A DNA stretch of 64,000 nt from Gammaproteobacteria bacterium (GTDB lineage: Bacteria > Pseudomonadota > Gammaproteobacteria > Eutrophobiales > Eutrophobiaceae): NCBI GenBank assembly GCA_965238225.1, contig OZ250183.1, positions 960,001-1,024,000 of the forward strand. The letters are read 5' to 3'. The position numbers were made by a program, and so were the translations under genes. Positions 39,961-50,219 of the stretch are shown here, in pieces; position 1 is the first letter of the stretch, and the number at the start of each line of letters is the position of its first letter. Under the pieces are notes generated by a model. It did not search any database. It saw only the letters and a list, made by a program, of their open reading frames with translations, and was not told the DNA's origin.

Positions 39961-42900
39961 TTGAGAAATTTTGTGATAGATAGTTTTGTGCATTTGCATA
40001 TTCATTCAGAGTACTCACTTGAAGATGGCCTAATTAGAATAAAAGATCTTGTTGACAAGGTTTATAAATACGAGATGCCAGCTGCCGCACTCACTGAACA
40101 AGGAAATTTTTTCTCTGCTTTAAAATACTATCGTGCTGCCCATAAGATAGGCGTTAAGCCAATTATTGGTGTTGATCTTCGCGTAATCGAGAATGACAAT
40201 TATTTACAGTCCACTGCATTAGTATTGTTGTGTCAAAATTATCAAGGATATAAAAATTTAAATCATTTAATTACACGTAGTTATCAAGAAGGGCAGTATC
40301 AAGGCATTGCATTTGTCCAAAAATCCTGGATAGAAAACTATTCTGAACATTTAATTGCTCTTTCTGGTGCGCAACAGGGTGATATTGGCCAAGCATTACT
40401 TGCGGGAAATTATAATCATGCAAAAACTCTTCTAAGTGGGTGGCAAATGATATTCCCAGACAGATTTTATTTGGAGCTGCAAAGAACAAATCATCCAGGG
40501 GAGGATAATTATATCTATTCTGCTGTTGAGTTAGCGGCTGAACTAAACGCACCCGTCGTTGCGACAAACAATGTCAGATTCTTATCGGAAGAAGAATTTG
40601 AAGCGCATGAAGCTCGCGTATGTATACATCAAGGTTATACCTTGGGGGATTCAAGACGATCAAATCTTTATAGTCCTGCGCAATATTTTTGTTCCAGTGA
40701 AGAGATGATCGAATTATTTGCTGATATACCAGAAGCCATAGAAAATACAGTTGAGATTGCCAAACGCTGTAATCTTGAATTGATTTTAGGTGAAAATTAT
40801 TTACCTGATTTCCCTGTTCCGTCCGGATTTAACCAGAACGAATGGCTCGTTCATCAGGCCAAGCAAGGGTTAGGACAGAGATTGGTGATTGAGGATGATG
40901 AAAAACTTCATGAAATTCAAGAGAGTTATCAGGAAAGACTGGAGTTAGAGCTTGATGTAATTGTAGAGATGGAGTTTTCTGGATATTTTCTTATTGTAGC
41001 AGATTTTATTCAATGGGCAAAAGACAATGCTATTCCGGTAGGCCCTGGCCGTGGTTCAGGTGCAGGATCTTTAGTTGCGTATGTGCTTGGTATTACCGAA
41101 CTTGACCCTCTTCAATATGATCTACTATTCGAACGTTTTTTAAACCCAGAGCGTGTGTCTCTTCCAGATTTTGATATCGACTTCTGTATGGAAAGACGAG
41201 ATGACGTTATTGATTATGTTGCACATCGATATGGTCGTGACCATGTCTCTCAGATTATTACATACGGCAGCATGACCGCCAAAGCGGTGGTTAGAGATGT
41301 GGGGCGTGTATTAGGCTATCCCTATGGTTTTGTTGATCAAATAGCAAAATTAATCCCTTTTGACCTTAGCATGACACTAGATCGCGCCTTAGAAGAAGTT
41401 GAACTCAAAAAACGCTATAAAAATGAAGATGAGGTGAAAGTTTTAATTGATCTTGCGAAAAAGCTTGAAGGATTGTCACGAAATGCAGGCCGACATGCAG
41501 GTGGCATTGTGATTTCACCAAAACCATTGACAGATTTTATGCCTCTTTACTGTGAGCAAGGATCAAACTCACCTGTATCACAATTTGATATGGGTGATGT
41601 TGAAGAAATTGGTTTAGTTAAATTTGATTTTCTCGGATTAAGAACGCTGACGATTATTGATTGGGCAATACACGATATTAATCGCATGAGAAGCGAAGAA
41701 GAAAAATCGCCAATTGATATAAATCATATTCCGCTTGATGATGAAAATACCTATGAATTAATTCGCAGGAATCAGACAACAGCTATTTTTCAGCTTGAGT
41801 CTGATGGCATAAAGAAATTAATCAAGCGCTTACAACCAGACAGTTTTGATGATTTAATTGCATTGGTTGCCTTGTATAGGCCAGGACCTTTGCAATCAGG
41901 GATGGTAGATGACTATATTAACTGTAAACATGGTAAGGAAATCAAATATCCTCATCCTAAGCTTGAGGATATATTAAAATCGACAAATGGCGTGATCTTG
42001 TATCAAGAACAAGTGATGCAGATTGCACAAATCTTGGCTGGATATACATTAGGTTCTGCAGATTTACTCAGGAGAGCTATGGGTAAGAAAAAACCAGAAG
42101 AGATGGCCAAGCAGAGGATAATTTTTACAGAAGGTGCAGTTAAAAATGGTGTTGAAGAAAGAGTCGCAAGAGGTATTTTCAACTTAATGGAAAAATTTTC
42201 TGGTTATGGATTCAATAAATCACATTCAGCTGCCTACGCATTGATTGCTTATCAAACAGCTTGGCTAAAAACGCATTACCCGGCATATTTTATGTCAGCA
42301 GTGTTGTCATCTGACATGGATAATACCGATAAAATTGTTATGTTGCGTGACGAAGTTAAATCAATGAATCTGAAACTAAAAGCGCCATCAATTAATTATA
42401 GTTACTATAAATTTTCAGTTGAAAATGAGGACACTATCAGGTTTGGTCTTGGCGCGATCAAAGGCATTGGAAGAGCTGCCATCGACAATATTATTGAGAA
42501 TAGAAAAGAAAATGGAAAATTTATTGATTTATTTGATTTATGTCGTCGAGTCGATCTAAGAAAAATTAATAGACGCGTTCTAGAGTCTATGATTCGTTCA
42601 AGTGCGATAGATGAACTAGGCCCAAGTCGTAGCAGCATATATATAAGTTTGAATAAGGCGATTCAAATAGCAGATCAATCAAGTAGAAATAAGCGCAGCG
42701 GGCAAGATGATTTATTTGGTTTGTTTACTGATACTGATGATAAGGAAGATCATAATTTTGAATTTCTGGAAGCTGTTGATTGGTCAGATGATGAAAGACT
42801 AACTGGAGAAAAAGAGACATTAGGGTTTTATTTGCAAGGCCATCCCATTATCAAATATGAGTCTGAACTTGAAGGTTTGATAAGCGCTATATTAAAAAAT

Positions 42901-43416
42901 ATTAAAATAGGAAATAATGTGCGTGTCGCAGGGTATATCCACAGAATGAGGATTCGATCAGGAAGTCGTGGAAAAATGGCAGAAGTGTTGCTTGATGATA
43001 GATCTGCTCGTGCTAATGTGACGGTGTATTCAAATGTATTTAAAAAGTACAGCAATGAACTGGTTAAAGATCAATTGGTTATTGTCGATGGCGAGGTTGT
43101 AGAGGATGATTTTTTTACGAGTGGTCTTTCAATTATCGCCAATGATATTCATACGCTGCCACAATTGAGAAATCGAGCAGAATTGAGGTTAAAATTAGGG
43201 CATCAAAGAGATTTCCGTTCTGAGATAAATTATTTGAAGGAGACACTGTCTCCCTATTGTAGTGGCACCAGCAGTGTCAGTGTAGAATATAGTAATGATA
43301 AAGGGCAATGCAGGTTAGCGCTTGGTGATGATTGGAAAGTGAACGTTGCTGATACTCTGCTGGATTCTCTAAGAAGCCATCTTGGTACAGATAATGTATT
43401 TCTGGATTATCAGTAG
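39961..43416 (+). CDS. dnaE: DNA polymerase III alpha subunit
   Basis: HLHIHSEYSL, GPGRGSGAGS, PDFDIDF, GYGFNKSHSAAY; no intein-sized insert seen; start may be GTG 39973. Confidence 0.98.
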   Translation: MRNFVIDSFVHLHIHSEYSLEDGLIRIKDLVDKVYKYEMPAAALTEQGNFFSALKYYRAAHKIGVKPIIGVDLRVIENDNYLQSTALVLLCQNYQGYKNLNHLITRSYQEGQYQGIAFVQKSWIENYSEHLIALSGAQQGDIGQALLAGNYNHAKTLLSGWQMIFPDRFYLELQRTNHPGEDNYIYSAVELAAELNAPVVATNNVRFLSEEEFEAHEARVCIHQGYTLGDSRRSNLYSPAQYFCSSEEMIELFADIPEAIENTVEIAKRCNLELILGENYLPDFPVPSGFNQNEWLVHQAKQGLGQRLVIEDDEKLHEIQESYQERLELELDVIVEMEFSGYFLIVADFIQWAKDNAIPVGPGRGSGAGSLVAYVLGITELDPLQYDLLFERFLNPERVSLPDFDIDFCMERRDDVIDYVAHRYGRDHVSQIITYGSMTAKAVVRDVGRVLGYPYGFVDQIAKLIPFDLSMTLDRALEEVELKKRYKNEDEVKVLIDLAKKLEGLSRNAGRHAGGIVISPKPLTDFMPLYCEQGSNSPVSQFDMGDVEEIGLVKFDFLGLRTLTIIDWAIHDINRMRSEEEKSPIDINHIPLDDENTYELIRRNQTTAIFQLESDGIKKLIKRLQPDSFDDLIALVALYRPGPLQSGMVDDYINCKHGKEIKYPHPKLEDILKSTNGVILYQEQVMQIAQILAGYTLGSADLLRRAMGKKKPEEMAKQRIIFTEGAVKNGVEERVARGIFNLMEKFSGYGFNKSHSAAYALIAYQTAWLKTHYPAYFMSAVLSSDMDNTDKIVMLRDEVKSMNLKLKAPSINYSYYKFSVENEDTIRFGLGAIKGIGRAAIDNIIENRKENGKFIDLFDLCRRVDLRKINRRVLESMIRSSAIDELGPSRSSIYISLNKAIQIADQSSRNKRSGQDDLFGLFTDTDDKEDHNFEFLEAVDWSDDERLTGEKETLGFYLQGHPIIKYESELEGLISAILKNIKIGNNVRVAGYIHRMRIRSGSRGKMAEVLLDDRSARANVTVYSNVFKKYSNELVKDQLVIVDGEVVEDDFFTSGLSIIANDIHTLPQLRNRAELRLKLGHQRDFRSEINYLKETLSPYCSGTSSVSVEYSNDKGQCRLALGDDWKVNVADTLLDSLRSHLGTDNVFLDYQ

Positions 43417-43469
43417 TTATGTCAGGTATCATGTAAATAAAATTAATAAATATCAAGATAAATTAAACA

Positions 43470-44420
43470 ATGAATTTTCTGGATTTTGAACAACCAATAG
43501 TAGAGATCGATGAAAAGATTGAAGCGTTGAGGCATGTCGACAACGACTCGGAAATAAATATCAGCGAAGAGATTAACCGTCTACAAAAACAAAGTGACAA
43601 TCTAACCGAATCTATATTCTCTTCTTTATCTGCTTGGCAGTATTCCCAGATTGCAAGGCATCCGCAAAGACCATACACCATGGACTACATTGAGAGAATT
43701 TTTACAGATTTTGTGGAATTGCATGGTGATCGAAATTTTGCTGATGATCCTGCAATTATTTGCGGTATTGCTCGTTTGGAAGATATGCCCGTTGCAATTA
43801 TTGGACATCAAAAAGGACGAGATACCACTGATAGGATTCACAGGAATTATGGCATGCCTAAGCCTGAAGGATACCGTAAGGCATTACGAATCATGAAGCT
43901 TGCGGAACGATTCAAATTACCTGTACTAACATTTATTGATACACCGGGAGCCCATCCAGGCATTGGCGCTGAAAAACGGGGTCAAAGCGAGGCGATTGCA
44001 AGAAATTTAATGGCGATGACAATTTTAAAAACTCCGATTATATCTACTGTTATTGGAGAAGGTGGTTCAGGAGGTGCTTTGGCGATTGGTGTAGCAGATA
44101 AACTATTGATGATGAAATATAGTACTTATTCAGTTATTTCTCCAGAGGGGTGTGCATCTATATTATGGAAAAGCGCTGATAAGGCGGAGCAGGCTGCAAA
44201 GGCAATGGGAATTACTGTTAATGATTTGCAAAAACTTGGTTTGATCGATGAAATTATTGATGAACCACTTGGTGCAGCACATCGAGATTATGACAAAACA
44301 GCAAAAAATTTTAAGAAAGCATTGGTTTTGACAGTGAAAGAACTAAAAGAAAATACTGTAGATGATCTGATTAACAAAAGACAAAGCAGGATCAGAGAAT
44401 ATGGGTATTTTAATACTTAG
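43470..44420 (+). CDS. accA: Acetyl-CoA carboxylase carboxyltransferase alpha
   Basis: [38 protein letters not shown]. Confidence 0.97.
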   Translation: MNFLDFEQPIVEIDEKIEALRHVDNDSEINISEEINRLQKQSDNLTESIFSSLSAWQYSQIARHPQRPYTMDYIERIFTDFVELHGDRNFADDPAIICGIARLEDMPVAIIGHQKGRDTTDRIHRNYGMPKPEGYRKALRIMKLAERFKLPVLTFIDTPGAHPGIGAEKRGQSEAIARNLMAMTILKTPIISTVIGEGGSGGALAIGVADKLLMMKYSTYSVISPEGCASILWKSADKAEQAAKAMGITVNDLQKLGLIDEIIDEPLGAAHRDYDKTAKNFKKALVLTVKELKENTVDDLINKRQSRIREYGYFNT

Positions 44421-44474
44421 ATATTTTTTTTCTTTAAATTATCTTAATTTTAATATGAGTTCTTATACCTTTTA

Positions 44475-45830
44475 GTGTTTCAAGAAAATAAATTATCTTT
44501 CCAAATAAAAATAAAAAATACGCTATCTGAATATCCAGATACCAATACATGCTGGATTGCATATAGCGGCGGACTGGATTCGCATGTACTTTTACATGTA
44601 TTAGCAAGCATTCAAAATGAAATTAAACCAAAATTAATTGCTGTGCATATTAATCATGGATTGAGCAATAATGCTATATTATGGGAGCAACATTGCCACA
44701 GAATCTGTGAAAATTATGCGATTGAATTCCAAGTTTTTTCTATCGAGAAACCTCATAAAAACGATAAAGGCACAGAAGCATTTGCCAGAGAAAAGCGTTA
44801 TGAAGTGTTTTGTAATTTGATGAAAAATTTTGATTTATTATTCACAGCACATCACATGAATGATCAGGTAGAAACAATATTTTTACAATTAATGAGAGGA
44901 TCTGGTCCAGATGGTTTGGCTGGAATGCCGCAGGCGAGAGAATTTTCAAAAGGATTTTTAGTAAGACCTTTGCTCGATTATTGCAGAGAAGAAATTCATG
45001 ATTATGCGTTAAAAAACTCATTGAGTTGGATAGAAGATGAGAGTAATAAATCAAATCAATATGATCGAAATTTCTTAAGAAATATAATAATTCCGGAATT
45101 ATCTACACGTTGGCTAGGCGCATTAAAGACTGTACAACGTGCAGCAAAACATCAAGCTGATGCAGTAAATCTTATAAATGAAATTTCAAGAAATGATTTA
45201 GAGGATATCTGTGAGAGCGAATATATAAAAATTTGCATACCTAAATTTAATCACCTATCTCATGTGAGGAAAAAAAATACCCTCAGAGCATGGATTAAAA
45301 AAAATAAACTAAAAATACCAAACGCTAAGATTATTGAGAAAATAATCACAGAAGTTATCCATGCCGGTATTGATAGAAACCCCTGCATTACTTGGGAAGG
45401 CGCAGAGGTAAGGCGTTATCGTGGATATTTATATATCATAAAATCACTTCCAGATAATAATCTTTGTATGAATAGACCCTGGAATCTTAAAGATTCGCTT
45501 GAATTAACATCTGGTTCTTTAAGAGCCACACATGGAAAAGGCAATGGCATCAAAAAAGATATTTTATTAAATGATACTGTCGAAATTAGGTATAGACAGG
45601 GGGGGGAGAAAATAAGACCGTTTGGACGTGTAAAAACGCACAGGCTAAAAAAATTATTTCAAGAGCAAGGCGTGCTTCCTTGGCTGCGCCACCGTATCCC
45701 TTTAATTTTTTATAAAAATGAATTGATTGCTGTGGCTGATTTATGGATTGAGCATCAATATGCGGCATCAGATTCAGAGCCCTCATGGCAAATCATCTGG
45801 CAATGGACAGATGGTTTACAGGCATTATAA
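44475..45830 (+). CDS. tilS: tRNA(Ile)-lysidine synthetase
   Basis: AYSGGLDS PP-loop, TAHHMNDQVET, DESN...RNFLR. Confidence 0.95.
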   Translation: MFQENKLSFQIKIKNTLSEYPDTNTCWIAYSGGLDSHVLLHVLASIQNEIKPKLIAVHINHGLSNNAILWEQHCHRICENYAIEFQVFSIEKPHKNDKGTEAFAREKRYEVFCNLMKNFDLLFTAHHMNDQVETIFLQLMRGSGPDGLAGMPQAREFSKGFLVRPLLDYCREEIHDYALKNSLSWIEDESNKSNQYDRNFLRNIIIPELSTRWLGALKTVQRAAKHQADAVNLINEISRNDLEDICESEYIKICIPKFNHLSHVRKKNTLRAWIKKNKLKIPNAKIIEKIITEVIHAGIDRNPCITWEGAEVRRYRGYLYIIKSLPDNNLCMNRPWNLKDSLELTSGSLRATHGKGNGIKKDILLNDTVEIRYRQGGEKIRPFGRVKTHRLKKLFQEQGVLPWLRHRIPLIFYKNELIAVADLWIEHQYAASDSEPSWQIIWQWTDGLQAL

Positions 45831-45860
45831 TCTAAGCGGTGATAAGAGCGACAATACAAA

Positions 45861-47009
45861 ATGCCTGAAGAACAATCATTACAACAACTCTTAAACCAGC
45901 GCGATCAATACCATCAACGTGAGGAATGGGATGAGTTAATCGCTGTATGTCCAAGAATCATAGGTCATAGAAATGTCACAAACCCTATAAAAGCAGAGAC
46001 TTTTTTCTTGCGTGGCCTTGCTTATACAGAAACAGACAACCATGAGAAAACCAAGGCAGAATATGACTATAAGCGATGCAGCAACAGGCGACCATCACTG
46101 ACTTCGACCAAGCGATTCACTTAGATCCAGATGATGCTAAGGCCTTTTATAATCGTGGCAACGCTTATGCAGAAACAGGCGACTATTACCAAGCCATCAC
46201 TGACTACGACCAAGCGATTCAATTAGATCCAGATGATGCTCACGCCTTTAATAATCGTGGCCTTGCTTATGCAGAAACAGGCGACTATGAGCAAGCCATT
46301 GCTGACTTCGACCAAGCGATTCAATTAATCCAGAATGCTAACGCCTTTAATAATCGTGGCCTTGCTTATGGAAAAAAGGATTTTGAACAAGATTCAATTA
46401 AATCCAGATGATGCAAGAATATGCTCACGCCTTTTATAATCGTGGCCTTGCTTACCGAGCACAAGGTAAAGAATCCAAGAGCCCAAGAATTAGATCCGAC
46501 TATTATTGCACAGGAATCCACAAAAGACGTTAAAAAAGAAGTAAAAGACGTTGGGAAAAAAACAGAAGAAACTCAAGATTTCCAAAACATTTTAGAGGAT
46601 TTAAAAGAAGCATATGATGCAATGAGGAAAAAGTGGTTTTTGGCTGGTATTTATTATGGTTCTGCTAACTATTGCTGTGCTTGTATTAACTATATTCCCT
46701 ATATTCTCAATGTTAGAAGGAAAAAAACTTGCTGAATTATACCCAATCTATATCTTTTTTTCAGTCATTACCTTCTTGGTTATCCGTCAATATACCAACG
46801 CCAAACAACTCTACATTGAGGCGCAAAACCGCTTGGCTATGGTAAAAATGCTCGCACACATCAATGCTCAAAAAGAAAACACAGAAAACAAACAATATTT
46901 TTTACCAGCACTGGTTGAGGCCATCGTTTATTCCACCAGAAAAGAGCGAACTGGGAACGCTGCATCTCTCTTAGAGCAATTGATGAAACTATTGAAACCC
47001 AAAAACTAA
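45861..47009 (+). pseudogene. Frameshifted TPR-repeat / coiled-coil / two-TM protein (four ORF pieces)
   Basis: Pieces 45861-46124, 46076-46411, 46421-46735 and 46656-47009 join into AFYNRGxAY...YxQAIxDFDQAIQLDPDDA repeats followed by TM segments. Confidence 0.75.
46011..46460 (+). repeat. Degenerate 102-bp TPR tandem array
   Basis: Anchor CGTGGC(CTT/AAC)GCTTA at 46011, 46154, 46256, 46355 and 46441 (spacings 143, 102, 99, 86). Confidence 0.9.
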
Positions 47010-47027
47010 TACCGCCACGCCACCCTC

Positions 47028-47612
47028 TTACTCTGTAATAATAACCCTAGTATCTATATTGATAAATTTTTTTAAATTATCAATTTCTTCATTTGTCATG
47101 GCGATGCAACCTTGTGTCCAATTTAACGAATTATGAATAGAAAGTTTTTGATTAGTGACTGTCCCTAAGCCATGTATGCCAATATAACCTCCTAATTTTG
47201 TATCTTGCGGCGGAATCTCGCCATCTTTTATTGCCTTTGAGATATTTTTGAATTCATTTGCGGTGATAATTTTATTCTTATAACCGTACCAAGCATCTAA
47301 CAGATTAGGGTAATCAATCTGCATAAAATAATAAAATTTACTGTCATCTTTGAAATTAATAATCTTATATACACCTGAAGGTGTTTTTTTGTCTCCCAAT
47401 ATTCTTTTTGTACCTTTACCTCCACTTCCGTAGGCAATACGGATTTTTTTAATTACTTGTTCGCCGTTCATAATTTTGAGTTCTTGAGAGGATTTTGAAA
47501 TGATTAGATCGTATTGATCCTTAACAGCTAAAACATTATTGCATAGCAGTAACAAAAAGCTAACAAGTATGTATTGATGAAAAGTATTAATTCGCACTAT
47601 TATTTTATACAT
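47028..47612 (-). CDS. L,D-transpeptidase (YkuD-fold) family protein
   Basis: GDKKTPSGVY, GGYIGIHG...NWTQGCIAM catalytic His/Cys. Confidence 0.9.
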   Translation of the reverse strand: MYKIIVRINTFHQYILVSFLLLLCNNVLAVKDQYDLIISKSSQELKIMNGEQVIKKIRIAYGSGGKGTKRILGDKKTPSGVYKIINFKDDSKFYYFMQIDYPNLLDAWYGYKNKIITANEFKNISKAIKDGEIPPQDTKLGGYIGIHGLGTVTNQKLSIHNSLNWTQGCIAMTNEEIDNLKKFINIDTRVIITE

Positions 47613-47853
47613 TCGACAACACAGTGATTAATTTTTCTGCAAATTGTACATTAGCGTATTTTATCCGAGGAAAGAGCAAATATGGTATAATTAAAATATT
47701 AAAAATCTTGTTATAATTACTATATATTCTTAAGTGCTTGCTTAAATTTTTGATTGAGTTTTAATGTGCGTTGTAAATTTATGGCACTTTAGTTTTTGTT
47801 ATTACTTTGGTTAATGTAGTCTTGAGCGGTGCAATTGTAGCAGAGTAATTTGA

Positions 47854-48396
47854 ATGGCAGAAAATCAAGAAAGATATAATTTTACTGCAATTGTCTTGCA
47901 TTGGCTGATGGCAATTTTGTTGCTCATTTTATTTTGCTTGGGTTGGTATATGATAGATTTACCAAAAGGGAGCGAGGAAAGAAGCTGGTTTTTTGCTTTA
48001 CATAAATCAATTGGACTGACAATGGCTTTACTGGTATTTATCAGGATAGTATGGCGTTTTACACATACGTCTCCGAAATTGCCAGAAAACATTTCACAAT
48101 TTAAACAAAAATTGGCTGGATTAACTCATGTCTTATTATATGTGGCAATGATTATACAGCCCTTGTCGGGTTATATATCTTCATCATTTAGCGGATACAA
48201 AACAAAAATATGGGGTGTACCTCTTCCTCATTGGGGATGGAAATCACCTGAGCTAAATGGAATTTTTACAGATATTCATGTAGCCAGCTCAATTGCGTTG
48301 CTATGTCTTGTGACGCTACATCTAAGCGGCATAGTCGTGCATATATACGAGGGAGATAGGCATATTCTAAGAAGAATGATTCCTGACAAACAATAA
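47854..48396 (+). CDS. Cytochrome b561 (CybB/YceJ family)
   Basis: RYN..AIVLHWLMA, HKSIGL, four heme-ligand His, four TM segments. Confidence 0.9.
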   Translation: MAENQERYNFTAIVLHWLMAILLLILFCLGWYMIDLPKGSEERSWFFALHKSIGLTMALLVFIRIVWRFTHTSPKLPENISQFKQKLAGLTHVLLYVAMIIQPLSGYISSSFSGYKTKIWGVPLPHWGWKSPELNGIFTDIHVASSIALLCLVTLHLSGIVVHIYEGDRHILRRMIPDKQ

Positions 48397-48740
48397 AATA
48401 CTAAACGCAGAGACTTCCTATCTGTAGCCAGATTTATTAATAATACGCCTATCATAAGGTGAAAACTATGGATATAAAGATTATTTGTACCCATCCTTAA
48501 CTTACAATATGTAATAAAAATTACTTATTGTTGCTATATATTGTTACTTAAAAGTATAGGCACATGTCCTTATACTATGCTGCACCTTATTTCATTGTAG
48601 TTGTTCTTAAATAAAATTAATTTACAGGACTGGTACAGGCAGAGATTCTCGTCTCAAATGAGGCAAATCTTAAATTTATGGATAACAACAAGTAAAGAAA
48701 TTGGCTATTATAAACCAATAAAACAGCATGCTGATAAATC

Positions 48741-50219
48741 TTGATGGTAAAAATATATTTAAATTCCTTACGCAAACTTCTATTGGCTCAAGAAATAACA
48801 TTTTTGTTGTTATTGGCGCTTACCGGTCTATTGGGCGGTCTATCTGTATATTTTTGGCAGCAAAATTCAGCCGAATCGGTTCGGCTCAATAATTTGAGTT
48901 ATGTCACAGAGCAAATTCGCAGTGAGTTATTTCAGCAAATTCAGATAGCTATTCGAGCCAGACTGCTTGAAGATGTGCGTTCCTTGGAGTTATATGGCAG
49001 CTATTCTAGGCGGATAGACAAAGATTTTAACAAACTAAAAAGTGGTGCAATTTCTAGGGAAGAAGATACAGCTATTCAAGGGTTGCACGTATCCTATCGG
49101 GAGATACAAAAAGACATGAATATAATTTTTTCTGATCCTTATGCAATTAGCCCGCAAGTTCAGATGAAAATTATTGATCCACGATTTTCCGAGCGAATGA
49201 TAGGTCGGTTTGAAGGTAAGCACAGCAAGCTGAAACATATGTTAGCGGAAAAACACAATGTGCTGAATCAGAAATTAGAGATATGGTCAAAATACGCGCC
49301 TGCCGTCATCACTATCCCTTTATTACTGGCATTTTTTCTGGTTATTTATGCAAGGACAACTTTCCGCGAGGAGTTTCTCAAGCCTATTTCTGAAATAATT
49401 TTAAGCGCTAGACGTATTCGTGTTGGGCATCTTGAAACAAAAATACCAGAACAAGGAGTGGAAGAGCTTAAAGATTTAGCAGGTGCTATTAATAAAATGA
49501 CGCATGATCTACAAAGCAGCCAAGCTGCCCTTGTAGAAAGTGAAAAACAGGCAGCACTAGGTGCGTTGGTACCAGTTGTTGCTCATAATATTCGTAATCC
49601 TCTGGCTAGTATTAGAGCAACAGCACAATTAATGAATAGCTCCGAAAATAATAAGGATTCAATAGAAAGTAAAAATGAGATTATAAAAACAATAGACAGA
49701 TTAAATCGTTGGGTTGACGCATTGGTATCCTACCTGCATCCATTAAAACCAAATTATAGACCTATTTTAGCGAGCGAAATGCTTAATGCTGTGATTGATT
49801 TATTAAAACAAAAATTAGAAGATAAACAAATTAAATTAGATAGAGTAGGGTGGGATAATGACTTAAGACTTAATGTTGATCCGGATTTAATGGAACAGGC
49901 ACTTTATGCATTGATGACAAACGCAATTGATGCTTCTGCAAAAATGTCTACATTAACAATTTCTATTATTAAAAAAGATATCGAGCTTGAATTATCAATT
50001 CAGGATCAAGGCGCAGGTTTGCCGTTTGATCCAAAACCCAATAAATTAACACCGGGTTCAAGCACAAAAAGTTTTGGCACCGGATTGGGCATTCCTATTG
50101 CTTTTAAAATTTGTCAGGAACATGCTTGGAAGCTTCGGTTCAACTCTACTTATAAAGATGAAGAGAAAACAGGAACAATTGTAACAATTACTGCCCCAAT
50201 CAGAGTGATTGAAGATTAA
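48741..50219 (+). CDS. Membrane sensor histidine kinase with HAMP domain
   Basis: Two TM segments, HAMP, H-box VAHNIRNPL, NAIDA, DQGAG, GTGLG. Confidence 0.9.
   Translation: MMVKIYLNSLRKLLLAQEITFLLLLALTGLLGGLSVYFWQQNSAESVRLNNLSYVTEQIRSELFQQIQIAIRARLLEDVRSLELYGSYSRRIDKDFNKLKSGAISREEDTAIQGLHVSYREIQKDMNIIFSDPYAISPQVQMKIIDPRFSERMIGRFEGKHSKLKHMLAEKHNVLNQKLEIWSKYAPAVITIPLLLAFFLVIYARTTFREEFLKPISEIILSARRIRVGHLETKIPEQGVEELKDLAGAINKMTHDLQSSQAALVESEKQAALGALVPVVAHNIRNPLASIRATAQLMNSSENNKDSIESKNEIIKTIDRLNRWVDALVSYLHPLKPNYRPILASEMLNAVIDLLKQKLEDKQIKLDRVGWDNDLRLNVDPDLMEQALYALMTNAIDASAKMSTLTISIIKKDIELELSIQDQGAGLPFDPKPNKLTPGSSTKSFGTGLGIPIAFKICQEHAWKLRFNSTYKDEEKTGTIVTITAPIRVIED

Noticed and set aside
46011-46460. 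TPR repeats as a CRISPR array or DGR template/variable pair
   Set aside because: Units are coding 34-aa repeats without unique spacers; no cas or reverse transcriptase gene in the window
48652-48665. GTCTCA-AA-TGAGGC dyad upstream of the histidine kinase as an enhancer site
   Set aside because: Single imperfect dyad with no convincing -24/-12 element nearby
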